Positions 8,589-16,326 of a DNA stretch of 64,000 nt are shown here, in pieces. The translations under genes and the position numbers were made by a program. The stretch is from Dehalococcoidales bacterium (GTDB lineage: Bacteria; Chloroflexota; Dehalococcoidia; Dehalococcoidales; RBG-16-60-22), in NCBI GenBank assembly GCA_050018395.1, contig JBEKAC010000004.1, forward strand, positions 4,856-68,855, given 5' to 3'. Every line of letters begins with the position of its first letter. The first letter of the stretch is position 1. The notes beneath the pieces are model-generated. The model was given only the letters and a program-made list of their open reading frames with translations, ran no database searches and was not told where the DNA came from.

Positions 8589-9110
8589 TCACTTGGCTTT
8601 CTTGGCAGCGGATTTCTTTACAGGGACTTTCTTAGCGGGTTTCATCGGGCCTTTACCGGAAATTGTCTTATCGAAGAACACCGGAGGGTCATCATCGCCG
8701 GCGATCCTGGCGTCAATAAAGATAAGCGGCTTGCCAACGCGGGTTACGTTTAACGGCATATGCCACATTCCCGCCGGAATATAGGCGTAGAAGGGGTAAT
8801 TGATCTTTTCAACCTTATTATTAATGACGAATTCTACATCGGCATCGAATTCGGCGAAGTTCTTCGCGCCGAAGAGGAATATCCACTGGTCTCGTTTGTT
8901 GTGCTTGTGTGTTTCCACACCCAATAAGTCCGGCTTTTCAACGTAAGCAAACCCTATCGCCAGTTTGGAGCCGGGGACGTCTTTTTCTCCCAGGGCCGTG
9001 ATCATCGGCAGGGTGATGGTTTTATGAATGGATTTCCACGGCTTCAACTCGATGATGTTTTTTCCATGCCGGACGTTTTTTAGTTCCTTAAGGCTCGTCA
9101 TTTTCGCCAT
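8589..9110 (-). CDS. Cupin-like protein, dispersed paralog of the 24.6-26.1 kb trio, with a Lys-rich tail
   Basis: Start ATG 9110 follows AGGAGGA. Motifs ETHKHNKRDQWIFLFG and YIPAGMWHMP. C-terminal tail PAKKVPVKKSAAKKAK. Confidence 0.6.
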   Translation of the reverse strand: MAKMTSLKELKNVRHGKNIIELKPWKSIHKTITLPMITALGEKDVPGSKLAIGFAYVEKPDLLGVETHKHNKRDQWIFLFGAKNFAEFDADVEFVINNKVEKINYPFYAYIPAGMWHMPLNVTRVGKPLIFIDARIAGDDDPPVFFDKTISGKGPMKPAKKVPVKKSAAKKAK

Positions 9111-9242
9111 GTAGTCCTCCTTGGTTGATATTAATAGATGACCTAACAGATTTACCATATTCTAGTACAATGCCTATCAAAATATCCAGCGCCGGCTGAT
9201 TTAAGCCATGATTTGCATACGTTTCAATTTTAAAGAGAACAT

Positions 9243-9271
9243 AAAAAAATAAGGGGCTTCAGAAGCCCCTT
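9243..9271 (-). terminator. Displaced original terminator of tRNA-Asn
   Basis: On the minus strand, hairpin AAGGGGC...GCCCCTT is followed by ATTTTTTT. It lies directly downstream of the partial tRNA copy at 9283-9324. Confidence 0.65.
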
Positions 9272-9282
9272 AACATTATCTT

Positions 9283-9324
9283 TTTGGCTCCCCGACAAGG
9301 ATTCGAACCTTGAACCTAGCGGTT
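9283..9324. repeat. att direct repeat (distal copy, partial tRNA-Asn 3' end)
   Basis: 42/42 identity with 18054-18095: tttggctccccgacaaggattcgaaccttgaacctagcggtt. Confidence 0.85.
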
Positions 9325-9374
9325 TACGATTCACGGCTTCGCGCAACGCTCCCGCGTATAGCATACCGCATTGG

Positions 9375-10205
9375 GTGGCGAAGATGAAGGGCGAGCGGTA
9401 CAGCACGAACACCGTGTTCGTCTACCGCTACCTGGCGGAACGTTACCTCAGGCGCGACCCAAAGCCCACGAGGCTTTCCATACAGGCATACCTGGCCGAG
9501 AGGCTGGACGGCGGCATGTCACCCAGCACGGTCGAGAACGAGCGGAAGGCGCTCCGCTCCCTGTTCAGTTTCCTGAAGGAAGAGAAGCTATGGAAAGACG
9601 ACCCCACCGAGAAGATACGCCACATCAAGGTGACCTGGGGGGAGCGGTGGTGTCCTGAACAGGCGGCGGTCGAGAAGGTGCTGAAGGTCGGGTTCTACCG
9701 CGCCATAGACGCCGTCAAGATGCGGACAATCACCACGCTGCTGGCCACCACCGGGCTGCGGATAACCGAGGCGCTGTCCCTGCGGAAGGACTGCATAGAC
9801 TACACCCACATGGAACTGAAAATCATCGGGAAGGGCAAGAAGTACAGAGTCGTGCCTCTCCTGCCAGCGACCGCCGACACATTGAGAGATTACATCGATA
9901 GCGGCAACGGCTCGCCGTACGTCTTCCCAGGCGAGACGCGGGAAGGTTACGCCCATGTCTCCAACATCCAGAAGACGCTGAAGAGGGCGTGCATCAGGGC
10001 TGGCGTGGAGCCGTTCACGCCCCACCAGCTCCGCCACTTTTACGCCACCGAATCACTGCGGAAGGGCGCCAAGTTGGAGGTCATTGGCCGCATTCTCGGC
10101 CATAGCTCAATCGGTATAACAGCCGACATTTATCGCTTTGTAAGGGTCGAGGAACTTCACACGGAGCACCTGAAGTACGCGCCGAAGCTGGGAGGCGCAA
10201 CCTAG
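9375..10205 (+). CDS. Tyrosine recombinase / phage integrase
   Basis: 276 aa. Catalytic signature: GLRITEAL (Arg), HQLRHFYAT (HxxR), LGHSSIGITADIY (His...Tyr). Start is GTG 9375 or ATG 9384. Confidence 0.9.
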   Translation: MAKMKGERYSTNTVFVYRYLAERYLRRDPKPTRLSIQAYLAERLDGGMSPSTVENERKALRSLFSFLKEEKLWKDDPTEKIRHIKVTWGERWCPEQAAVEKVLKVGFYRAIDAVKMRTITTLLATTGLRITEALSLRKDCIDYTHMELKIIGKGKKYRVVPLLPATADTLRDYIDSGNGSPYVFPGETREGYAHVSNIQKTLKRACIRAGVEPFTPHQLRHFYATESLRKGAKLEVIGRILGHSSIGITADIYRFVRVEELHTEHLKYAPKLGGAT

Positions 10206-10292
10206 CAACCAGCGAGGCTCCGCGCGGCTCACCACGTCGCGAATCCGGGCCTCCTGGGACGCCCATGAGGGCTACAGCACCCTGCAAAAGAG

Positions 10293-10321
10293 GAAGGGCC
10301 AGACCTGCCGCCTGGCCCTTC
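10293..10321. terminator. GC-rich hairpin between int and the HTH gene (possible bidirectional terminator)
   Basis: 10-bp stem gaagggccag/ctggcccttc. No clear T-run. Confidence 0.35.
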
Positions 10322-10404
10322 CCCGCAAAGGAGACAATGCGCGGCGTGAGTGGAATCACGCGGCGCGGGTAACAATCGGAAAACCTTGCCCTGCTATTCT
10401 TCTC

Positions 10405-10812
10405 CTATCCCATCCCCGCCACGCCCACCATGAATTCCAGCTTGTGCCGAATTTCCGGCGACGGCGCTGTCTTGCCGTTGTACCACCTCGAAACCTGGCA
10501 CTTGTCCACCTTCAGCAGGTTAGCCAGTTCGGTGTGGTTCCCTCCGACCGCGCGGCATATGAGGTCTATGCCCTCCCTGACCTCGCGCCAGCCGAACAGC
10601 CGGTGGAACGTCCTGGGTTCGATTAGCTCCATCGCCTCTTCCAGCGTCATTTCCGTTAGCATGACTTCGGCGGCCTGCAGGACGTCCTTGCTCTTCATCT
10701 TCACCACCCACCTGTCCAACCTTCCGCAGGCCGCTTCCGGCCTCTCCGTCCAGACCTGCCCCTTTATCGCGCGGGCTATGTGCCTCAATATTTCGACTTG
10801 GTGCTTGGTCAC
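10405..10812 (-). CDS. HTH (XRE/Cro-like C-terminal) domain protein of the island
   Basis: 135 aa. The C-terminal GNHTELANLLKVDKCQVSRWYNGKTAPS fits a helix-turn-helix. Confidence 0.5.
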   Translation of the reverse strand: MTKHQVEILRHIARAIKGQVWTERPEAACGRLDRWVVKMKSKDVLQAAEVMLTEMTLEEAMELIEPRTFHRLFGWREVREGIDLICRAVGGNHTELANLLKVDKCQVSRWYNGKTAPSPEIRHKLEFMVGVAGMG

Positions 10813-10821
10813 CGCAGTCCC

Positions 10822-11283
10822 CTATCCGGCGTCCGCGTTGGCCGTCGCGGACAGCGCTCCCTGTACCACGCCCAGGCCGATGTCAACCATGACCTCGGTC
10901 GCGGATACTACCTCCACAACAGTTCCGGCCACTATGCCCTGGGTGCTGGTTCCGGCGTCGTTCACAGTGTCGTCGTCGAAGACGTAGGCCTTTTGCCCCA
11001 CGTCGGATTGCACCAGGTCGGCGGTGGTGAACGGAAACGTACCCCCGCGGAACACGCGGACGCTTTTCCCGCCTTGCGTGTGTCCCGTCTTGGTATTGTC
11101 GACTTCCTCATAAGCCACGCCCAGGACCACCTTACCCACGGCGTTGGTCGCTGGTTCCGCGTATCCGGCGTTGTTGGCCACCACCAGAGCGCCCTTGTAG
11201 ATGTGGACGCTGTCCTCGACCAGGAAGGACTGGAGCATACCAGCGCCTTTTACATGGCGGTCAATGTTTGATGTTAAAACCAT
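10822..11283 (-). CDS. DUF2190-like capsid decoration/cement protein
   Basis: ORF 10822..11433. Start moved to ATG 11283 (MVLTSN), which follows AAGGAG. Gly/Val/Ala-rich beta pattern: IYKGALVVANNAGYAEPA...GVAYEEVDN...VRVFRGGTFPF. Confidence 0.45.
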   Translation of the reverse strand: MVLTSNIDRHVKGAGMLQSFLVEDSVHIYKGALVVANNAGYAEPATNAVGKVVLGVAYEEVDNTKTGHTQGGKSVRVFRGGTFPFTTADLVQSDVGQKAYVFDDDTVNDAGTSTQGIVAGTVVEVVSATEVMVDIGLGVVQGALSATANADAG

Positions 11284-11319
11284 CTTAAACTCCTTCGCTT
11301 GCATGGATTTTTCGGGTTT

Positions 11320-11395
11320 GGCGGACGGGCGTGCTCCTCCCGTCCGCCGCCCCCTTAAGGAGATTTGCGCCCGGTGACAAGCGATGACCGGGCGC
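11320..11395 (-). promoter_or_regulatory. Two strong hairpins between the capsid and decoration genes
   Basis: ggcggacggg/cccgtccgcc (11320-11348) and gcgcccggtga..tgaccgggcgc (11367-11395). Confidence 0.35.
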
Positions 11396-11449
11396 ATGAG
11401 CCAATAGGTCAGGCGAGTGGTGAAATATTCCACCCACCTTTAATTCTGT

Positions 11450-12373
11450 CTAGTCGGAGCAGTCCACCATGACCGCGCAACGGGGTTCGAGGAGGGCGGC
11501 GGCGTACCGACCGTCAACGCCGTAGTGGATAAGCCGCTTCATGAACACGTCCTCGTTGTCAGGCTTGTCCAGAGCTACCAGTTCGGGCTTCTTGCGGGTC
11601 TGGAAGAGCATCGGCTTTAGCTCGTTCTGGGTCGAAAGCAGGTAGTAGTCGTGACCCGCAGTCGCGCCGCTGGTCAGGTAGGGCGAGACTATGATGTTCT
11701 TGATTAGCTCCGCCTCCGCCCGTTCAGTTCCGGCAACAGCAGGCAACAGGGCGTTGCGTATCGGCATTTCCATCGTCGCGGAACAGGCGATGGTGTCGGG
11801 GACAAGTTCGAGGTATTCGCCCCTGTCGTCTTTGAAGTTCCGCATGGCCTGCACCGCTGCCGCAATGCCCGCCCGGATTTTATCGCCATCGGCGGCATAT
11901 GCCCCAGCGGCAATGTTATTGATGTTGCCGCTCTTGCCGAAGGCGCGGGTCGTGGCGAAGAAGTTGACGCCGTCGAAGGTGTGCGTACTAACTCCCGCGT
12001 TGAGCAGTTGGTAGACCAGTTTGGCCGGGTGGTTGGCGCACCGCACCGCCAGCTGGCGCACGCGGGGCGCGATAAGCCCATAGCGGTCGTCCTCGAGGAC
12101 ATTACGGTCTACGGAAAAACTGCCTTCGTAGTTTTTGTTAACAACCTCGTATCCCTTCGCGGACATGCCGGACATGATACGTGTGTCCTTCCACTCGGAC
12201 ATAGCGGGAACGGCCTCAAGCCAGTTGTAGCTCTCTTTTTCGGATGTAGAATCCACCAGCAGGCACAGCGCACGCCATGCCGCAACTTTGTCCGCCTCCG
12301 TGAAGGCGTTCGTGAATATGGCGCGGAAGCTGGTCAGCAATCCGGCCACAAAATCGGAATTAACTAATGCCAC
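11450..12373 (-). CDS. Mu gpT-like major capsid protein (HK97 fold family)
   Basis: 307 aa, GTG start after AGGAG. Sequence pattern matches the Mu-like gpT family: ...YNWLEAVPAMSEWKDTRI...YEVVNKNYEGSFSVDRNVLEDDRYGL...FDGVNFFATTRAF. Confidence 0.7.
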   Translation of the reverse strand: MALVNSDFVAGLLTSFRAIFTNAFTEADKVAAWRALCLLVDSTSEKESYNWLEAVPAMSEWKDTRIMSGMSAKGYEVVNKNYEGSFSVDRNVLEDDRYGLIAPRVRQLAVRCANHPAKLVYQLLNAGVSTHTFDGVNFFATTRAFGKSGNINNIAAGAYAADGDKIRAGIAAAVQAMRNFKDDRGEYLELVPDTIACSATMEMPIRNALLPAVAGTERAEAELIKNIIVSPYLTSGATAGHDYYLLSTQNELKPMLFQTRKKPELVALDKPDNEDVFMKRLIHYGVDGRYAAALLEPRCAVMVDCSD

Positions 12374-12575
12374 TTTGTGTTTCTCCTTTTTCGTCTGTAT
12401 TTTGCGGTGGCATCCGGCAGACTACGGGAGGCTGGTCACCCGTTTGCATTATGCTGATTACACGTCCGTCCGGCAGTTGCATGAGCCGGAGGTGCGTTTC
12501 GGGCAACCCCCTCACGTACTTCTGGAAGGCGGGATTGTCTAGAATCCCCGTCCGGTAAAGTGGTTTTTCGTCCAT
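12360..12575 (-). CDS. Small hypothetical protein, first gene of the capsid operon
   Basis: 71 aa. Strong RBS CAGGAGGG lies 6 nt before the ATG. Overlaps the capsid gene by 14 nt. Confidence 0.45.
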   Translation of the reverse strand: MDEKPLYRTGILDNPAFQKYVRGLPETHLRLMQLPDGRVISIMQTGDQPPVVCRMPPQNTDEKGETQSGIS

Positions 12576-12851
12576 CGGATACCCTCCTGGCAGCCCACTG
12601 CCTAGCGCCGCCGACCAGTGCCCGGAATGCCGGGTCTCGCCTGCGGGTTCGGTACGTTCCGGCTACAAGGCCGGATGCGTTAAGCCGCCGTTTTATTGTG
12701 CGCATTCCTGTTGCCGTCCAGGCAAAAAGGAAGCTCACAGAGTTCATTATAACACAATCTATAGCACTTTGCAAACAACCACAGCAAATGGCGTTAATGG
12801 GAAAGTTTATATTGCCCTATTAACTCTGTCTACATCGCTGTATCTCACTCG

Positions 12852-12906
12852 CGCGTGCTGTCGCGTGCCTTCGGCGCACGCGCGCAGCTGCACGCGCGCC
12901 CACGCG
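12852..12906. repeat. Symmetric heptamer array (2x CGCGTGC, then 3x GCACGCG-like)
   Basis: CGCGTGC at 12852 and 12862. The inverse GCACGCG at 12876 and 12890, and cCACGCG at 12900. Spacings are 10, 14, 14 and 10 bp. Confidence 0.5.
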
Positions 12907-13453
12907 GGCGAGAGTAATACGGAAGGCTGAAGGAGTACAGCTTTGGGTTTCCGCGCTATGACCCCTATTGCAAGGCGTGTGTCTGGTCATATGCCATATG
13001 GTGCAATGGTACAAAGGCCTATATAGTATATTCTCTTTATATATATGGACAAACGAGTTCAAGTTGCATGAAATTCCGCGGCGGTTGCGCAACAGCCTCG
13101 GCGGTTCAAGGCACGCCTTCCCTTTTCAGGAAACCCCGCCTCGGTTCCAAAAGAATGCCGAATAGCATCCGCAAAAAATATGGGCAGCACACCGTCCGGA
13201 GGGGGCCACCGCCCTGCAATTTTCCGTGAAGCCAGCCCAGCTAGGGTTGTGACCGCTAACTGCGGGGTTAAACGTCCCCAGGCGCGCCCGGTATCTGGCG
13301 GACAGGCCGCAGGGCAGGCAATGGGGAGCCGAGTAAGGTTATCCCACACCACCCACGTCAAGAATCTGGGTGCTCCGCACCCCTTGAGAGTATTGCCGCC
13401 CTCATGAGGCCTGGGCGAATAGGACACCCGTCCGGGCATGCCCCGCACCTCCC

Positions 13454-13930
13454 ATGCGCGAATCCTGCCCTTCCCTATTGGAGTGTTATAATGTTGGCGT
13501 GGATACTGTTAGTCCGGCAAAACGCAGTAGCATGATGTCCGCCGTCCGAAGCAAGAATACCGGGGCTGAACTCCTGGTACGCCGGTATCTATGGTCGCAA
13601 GGCATACGATACCGCTTGTACGTCAAGGACCTGCCGGGCAAGCCCGATATAGTTATTAGGCGTTGCAGGTTAGTGATATTCATTCATGGATGCTTCTGGC
13701 ATGGCCACGAAGGTTGTCCCAGAGGTCGCATACCCAAATCTCGTGTCGAGTACTGGAAACCCAAAATAGAGGCGAACAAAGCGCGAGACAAACAAACTGA
13801 AAAACAGCTGGCGGCGTTGGGATGGAAGAGGTTAGTAATTTGGGACTGTCAGCTTAGAACTCAAAAGGCGGCGATGATTAGCTTGCCTAAAATTCGGGAC
13901 AAGGTCATGAAGATATGCTCCAAGTCCTGA
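13454..13930 (+). CDS. vsr: Very short patch repair endonuclease
   Basis: Motifs RSSMMSAVRSKNTGAELLVRRYL, PGKPDIVI, IFIHGCFWHGH and RVEYWKPKIEANKARD. The true start is probably GTG 13499. Confidence 0.85.
   Translation: MRESCPSLLECYNVGVDTVSPAKRSSMMSAVRSKNTGAELLVRRYLWSQGIRYRLYVKDLPGKPDIVIRRCRLVIFIHGCFWHGHEGCPRGRIPKSRVEYWKPKIEANKARDKQTEKQLAALGWKRLVIWDCQLRTQKAAMISLPKIRDKVMKICSKS
13484..13492 (+). promoter_or_regulatory. Extended -10 promoter TGtTATAAT upstream of vsr
   Basis: Exact TGnTATAAT. The in-frame GTG at 13499 lies 7 nt downstream, so the vsr mRNA may be leaderless. Confidence 0.4.
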
Positions 13931-13936
13931 AAATGT

Positions 13937-14905
13937 CTAAGGTGTTCCCCTCATGTAATACGGGGAATACCTGTGAAACGCCGCGTATTGTTCAAGAGCG
14001 CTTTCAGTTTTAGTTATGTCGTTGTCGATAAGATATCCTAGCTCTGCACGGAGCGTTGCACCTGGAGAGGCTGTACAGGGAAGAAAACCCTGGAGGCGAA
14101 GCCTTTCCTTGGTGCTCAAGATAGGGATTTCAATTAACCTAGGCCGCTTTTTCCAATCGAGGTTAGCAAATTCCCAATCTCTGAAAGCTTTTCTTACCCT
14201 CGATGTATTCGTACGTCTGATAGTTACGCCTGTTAACGTAAACATCCCTGTCCCATCTGAATAATAGAATGAGTCGATAGGCTGAAATGTCAATGGCGTG
14301 GTTATACCAGGTAAAGCCTGCTGGACGCAAATTTTCAGCATTCGTTGCAGCAAATAGGCGAATTCACCGGCGTCTCTCGGTGGTATTGTATCCGTGTCCG
14401 GCAATATCTCTCTGAATTCTTTTTGAAATGCTTCCGCCTTATCGGTGCGTATGTTTTTATACTCATCCCAAAAGTCATCGGGTTCTGCGCGTAGCGTTAT
14501 TTTTATCATGCTCTTCTCTGGAACTTTTTCGAGAAGTGCCTTAAATTCGTCGAAGCATGTATACTCTAGCCGGGTGTAATCAAGCCAAAATATGCTTTTT
14601 TCATCGTTTGACTGATATTGAGTAATAAATGATTTCATGCCATTGGGTTCGAGGGTTAAGTTGCCGCAAGGCATATGGAATTGTTGTCTCTTTAACACTT
14701 CGCCATTTTCTTCGACCGAAACCATCGGAATTTCGGGAAAAAAGTCATAAATAAGTCGGCAATCTTCTAGGTACGGGCCGCCAAGTCCATAGTAAGTATA
14801 TTCGCCTAAGCTACCACCGAGTTTGGGAAGATGTCTGATAGCTTCAATGAGCGCAAAACGTTCAGCCGCCTTGTTAGGCCGTAGATGGTAAGCAGGAGAT
14901 TTCAT
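13937..14905 (-). CDS. Hypothetical protein with degenerate C5-methyltransferase-like motifs (no catalytic Pro-Cys)
   Basis: 322 aa. ATGA overlap with the upstream GHKL gene. YYGLGGPY, VSVEENGEVLKRQQF and LSTKERLRLQGFLP are collinear with Dcm motifs I, II-III and IX. Confidence 0.65.
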   Translation of the reverse strand: MKSPAYHLRPNKAAERFALIEAIRHLPKLGGSLGEYTYYGLGGPYLEDCRLIYDFFPEIPMVSVEENGEVLKRQQFHMPCGNLTLEPNGMKSFITQYQSNDEKSIFWLDYTRLEYTCFDEFKALLEKVPEKSMIKITLRAEPDDFWDEYKNIRTDKAEAFQKEFREILPDTDTIPPRDAGEFAYLLQRMLKICVQQALPGITTPLTFQPIDSFYYSDGTGMFTLTGVTIRRTNTSRVRKAFRDWEFANLDWKKRPRLIEIPILSTKERLRLQGFLPCTASPGATLRAELGYLIDNDITKTESALEQYAAFHRYSPYYMRGTP

Positions 14906-16314
14906 TTACGGCTGGCCTCCTCGTAAATCTTATCAAAGCACTTTTCGCCTACCCCATTTGGAGCCATGTCTCGGTTGCCGAAGTATTCTCCTACGGTTCT
15001 TATCTTGGCCATCTCCTTGGTGAACGAGATACGCCGGGAAGTGGGTTCAGGCTTCACTGGCATTGCTAGTTTGGGTTGGTACAAGTCGCCTGAAGGGAAG
15101 GTCCGAAGCGTGCGGTGAAAATGGAGATTTTTCGCCTCTTCCTTTATTTTTTCAAATGAAAGTCGCTCGCCTTGTTGGATGAGTGCTTTGGCCTCTTCTT
15201 CCTTTCCTTTCCACTTATTCGTAAAGTCCGTGAAAATCCGCATTCCTTCTCTCATCTTGTTCTTGACCTGTTGATATAACGCCGAGGAGGCATCGATACC
15301 GCGCTTTGTAGTGGTGGTAGGCAGCTTACTGGCATCGGCAGACTTAAATTCCACAATACCTGAAATCGCAATAAATTGAGTATGATACTGTGGGACGCCT
15401 GAATCGCCCCATCCCGTTAGTATGGAACGGTCATTGTAAAGAACAGCCCTGTCATTACATATAATCGTCCATCCGGCTTCTTGCGAAGAGTACTTTGGCG
15501 ATTTCTCTTCGTCTAATATTTCCGCCGGTGTAGGAATTCCGCGGGTAAAGCCCACAGTCAAAAATATGTCCACCCCGTCGCTCTTGGTCTTAAAGACGTA
15601 AGGCCGGATAGTGTTTTCATCTTTACCTTTGAGAAAGGCAAATTTTGTAGTAAGTGGACTAATAGGCTTGCCATTAACCGATACCTCGAATCCCTTGTCG
15701 ATGATGAAGGAATAATGCCCGGCTATCTTGCCCCTGAGTTCTCTAGTAAAATCGTCCGCGTCTTCGGAAAATTTTTTTGATATTCCTTCATGCAATTCGC
15801 CGATGACAATTGTAGTACCGTCTTTATCATGTTTTTTGACTTTTTTAACAGGGATTTGCCATTTATCTTCTGTATCCAACCAATCCGGCGTAATCTCGAT
15901 TTCATATTGGTCCTGTCCGCTTCTTGTGGAAATGAGACAATGTTTTCCCATCTTAAATATAGCTCGCTTCATTCCTATGCCGTAAGCGCCAACAGTTCCT
16001 GCAGGGTCGACAGGTCTGTCGGACTTTGTTGCCCTTCCTAGCTTGAAGGCATAATCATGCAGAGTCCAAGGTATTCCGCCGCAATTATCCGTTATCGAAA
16101 AAGATTCTTTTTTGAAGTCAATTGCTGCGCTAAATCCGGTATACGGCTTTTCTCCGCCTGTTTTGCCGGACCTGAGAATACCGTCCACGCAGTTGTCGAG
16201 CAAATCAAGTATAGCGTCTTCAAGAAGAATATCTCGCGTTAGCATTGAGACAAAAAACGACTTAACCGGAGAAAAATCGACAGGCTTATATTCTGTCTGT
16301 TTTGCCTTTTCCAT
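14902..16314 (-). CDS. GHKL (Bergerat-fold) ATPase, MORC/MutL-like
   Basis: 470 aa. N-box ILDLLDNCVDG, G1 ITDNCGGIP, G2 GAYGIGMKRA. Starts 12 nt after the dcm stop. Confidence 0.8.
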   Translation of the reverse strand: MEKAKQTEYKPVDFSPVKSFFVSMLTRDILLEDAILDLLDNCVDGILRSGKTGGEKPYTGFSAAIDFKKESFSITDNCGGIPWTLHDYAFKLGRATKSDRPVDPAGTVGAYGIGMKRAIFKMGKHCLISTRSGQDQYEIEITPDWLDTEDKWQIPVKKVKKHDKDGTTIVIGELHEGISKKFSEDADDFTRELRGKIAGHYSFIIDKGFEVSVNGKPISPLTTKFAFLKGKDENTIRPYVFKTKSDGVDIFLTVGFTRGIPTPAEILDEEKSPKYSSQEAGWTIICNDRAVLYNDRSILTGWGDSGVPQYHTQFIAISGIVEFKSADASKLPTTTTKRGIDASSALYQQVKNKMREGMRIFTDFTNKWKGKEEEAKALIQQGERLSFEKIKEEAKNLHFHRTLRTFPSGDLYQPKLAMPVKPEPTSRRISFTKEMAKIRTVGEYFGNRDMAPNGVGEKCFDKIYEEASRK

Positions 16315-16326
16315 GATACGCCTCCG

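Noticed and set aside
11441-12833. 13-mer TAA(T/C)TCTGTCTA at 11441 and 12821 as a regulatory repeat
   Set aside because: There are only two imperfect copies and one overlaps the capsid stop codon, which is too weak to call.
12820-13448. ORFs 12820..13092(-), 12968..13165(+), 13059..13448(-) and 13180..13407(+) in the island's non-coding gap
   Set aside because: No RBS, R/P/A/G-rich composition, mutually overlapping, and no recognisable motif. I treat the region as non-coding and flag it as a finding instead.
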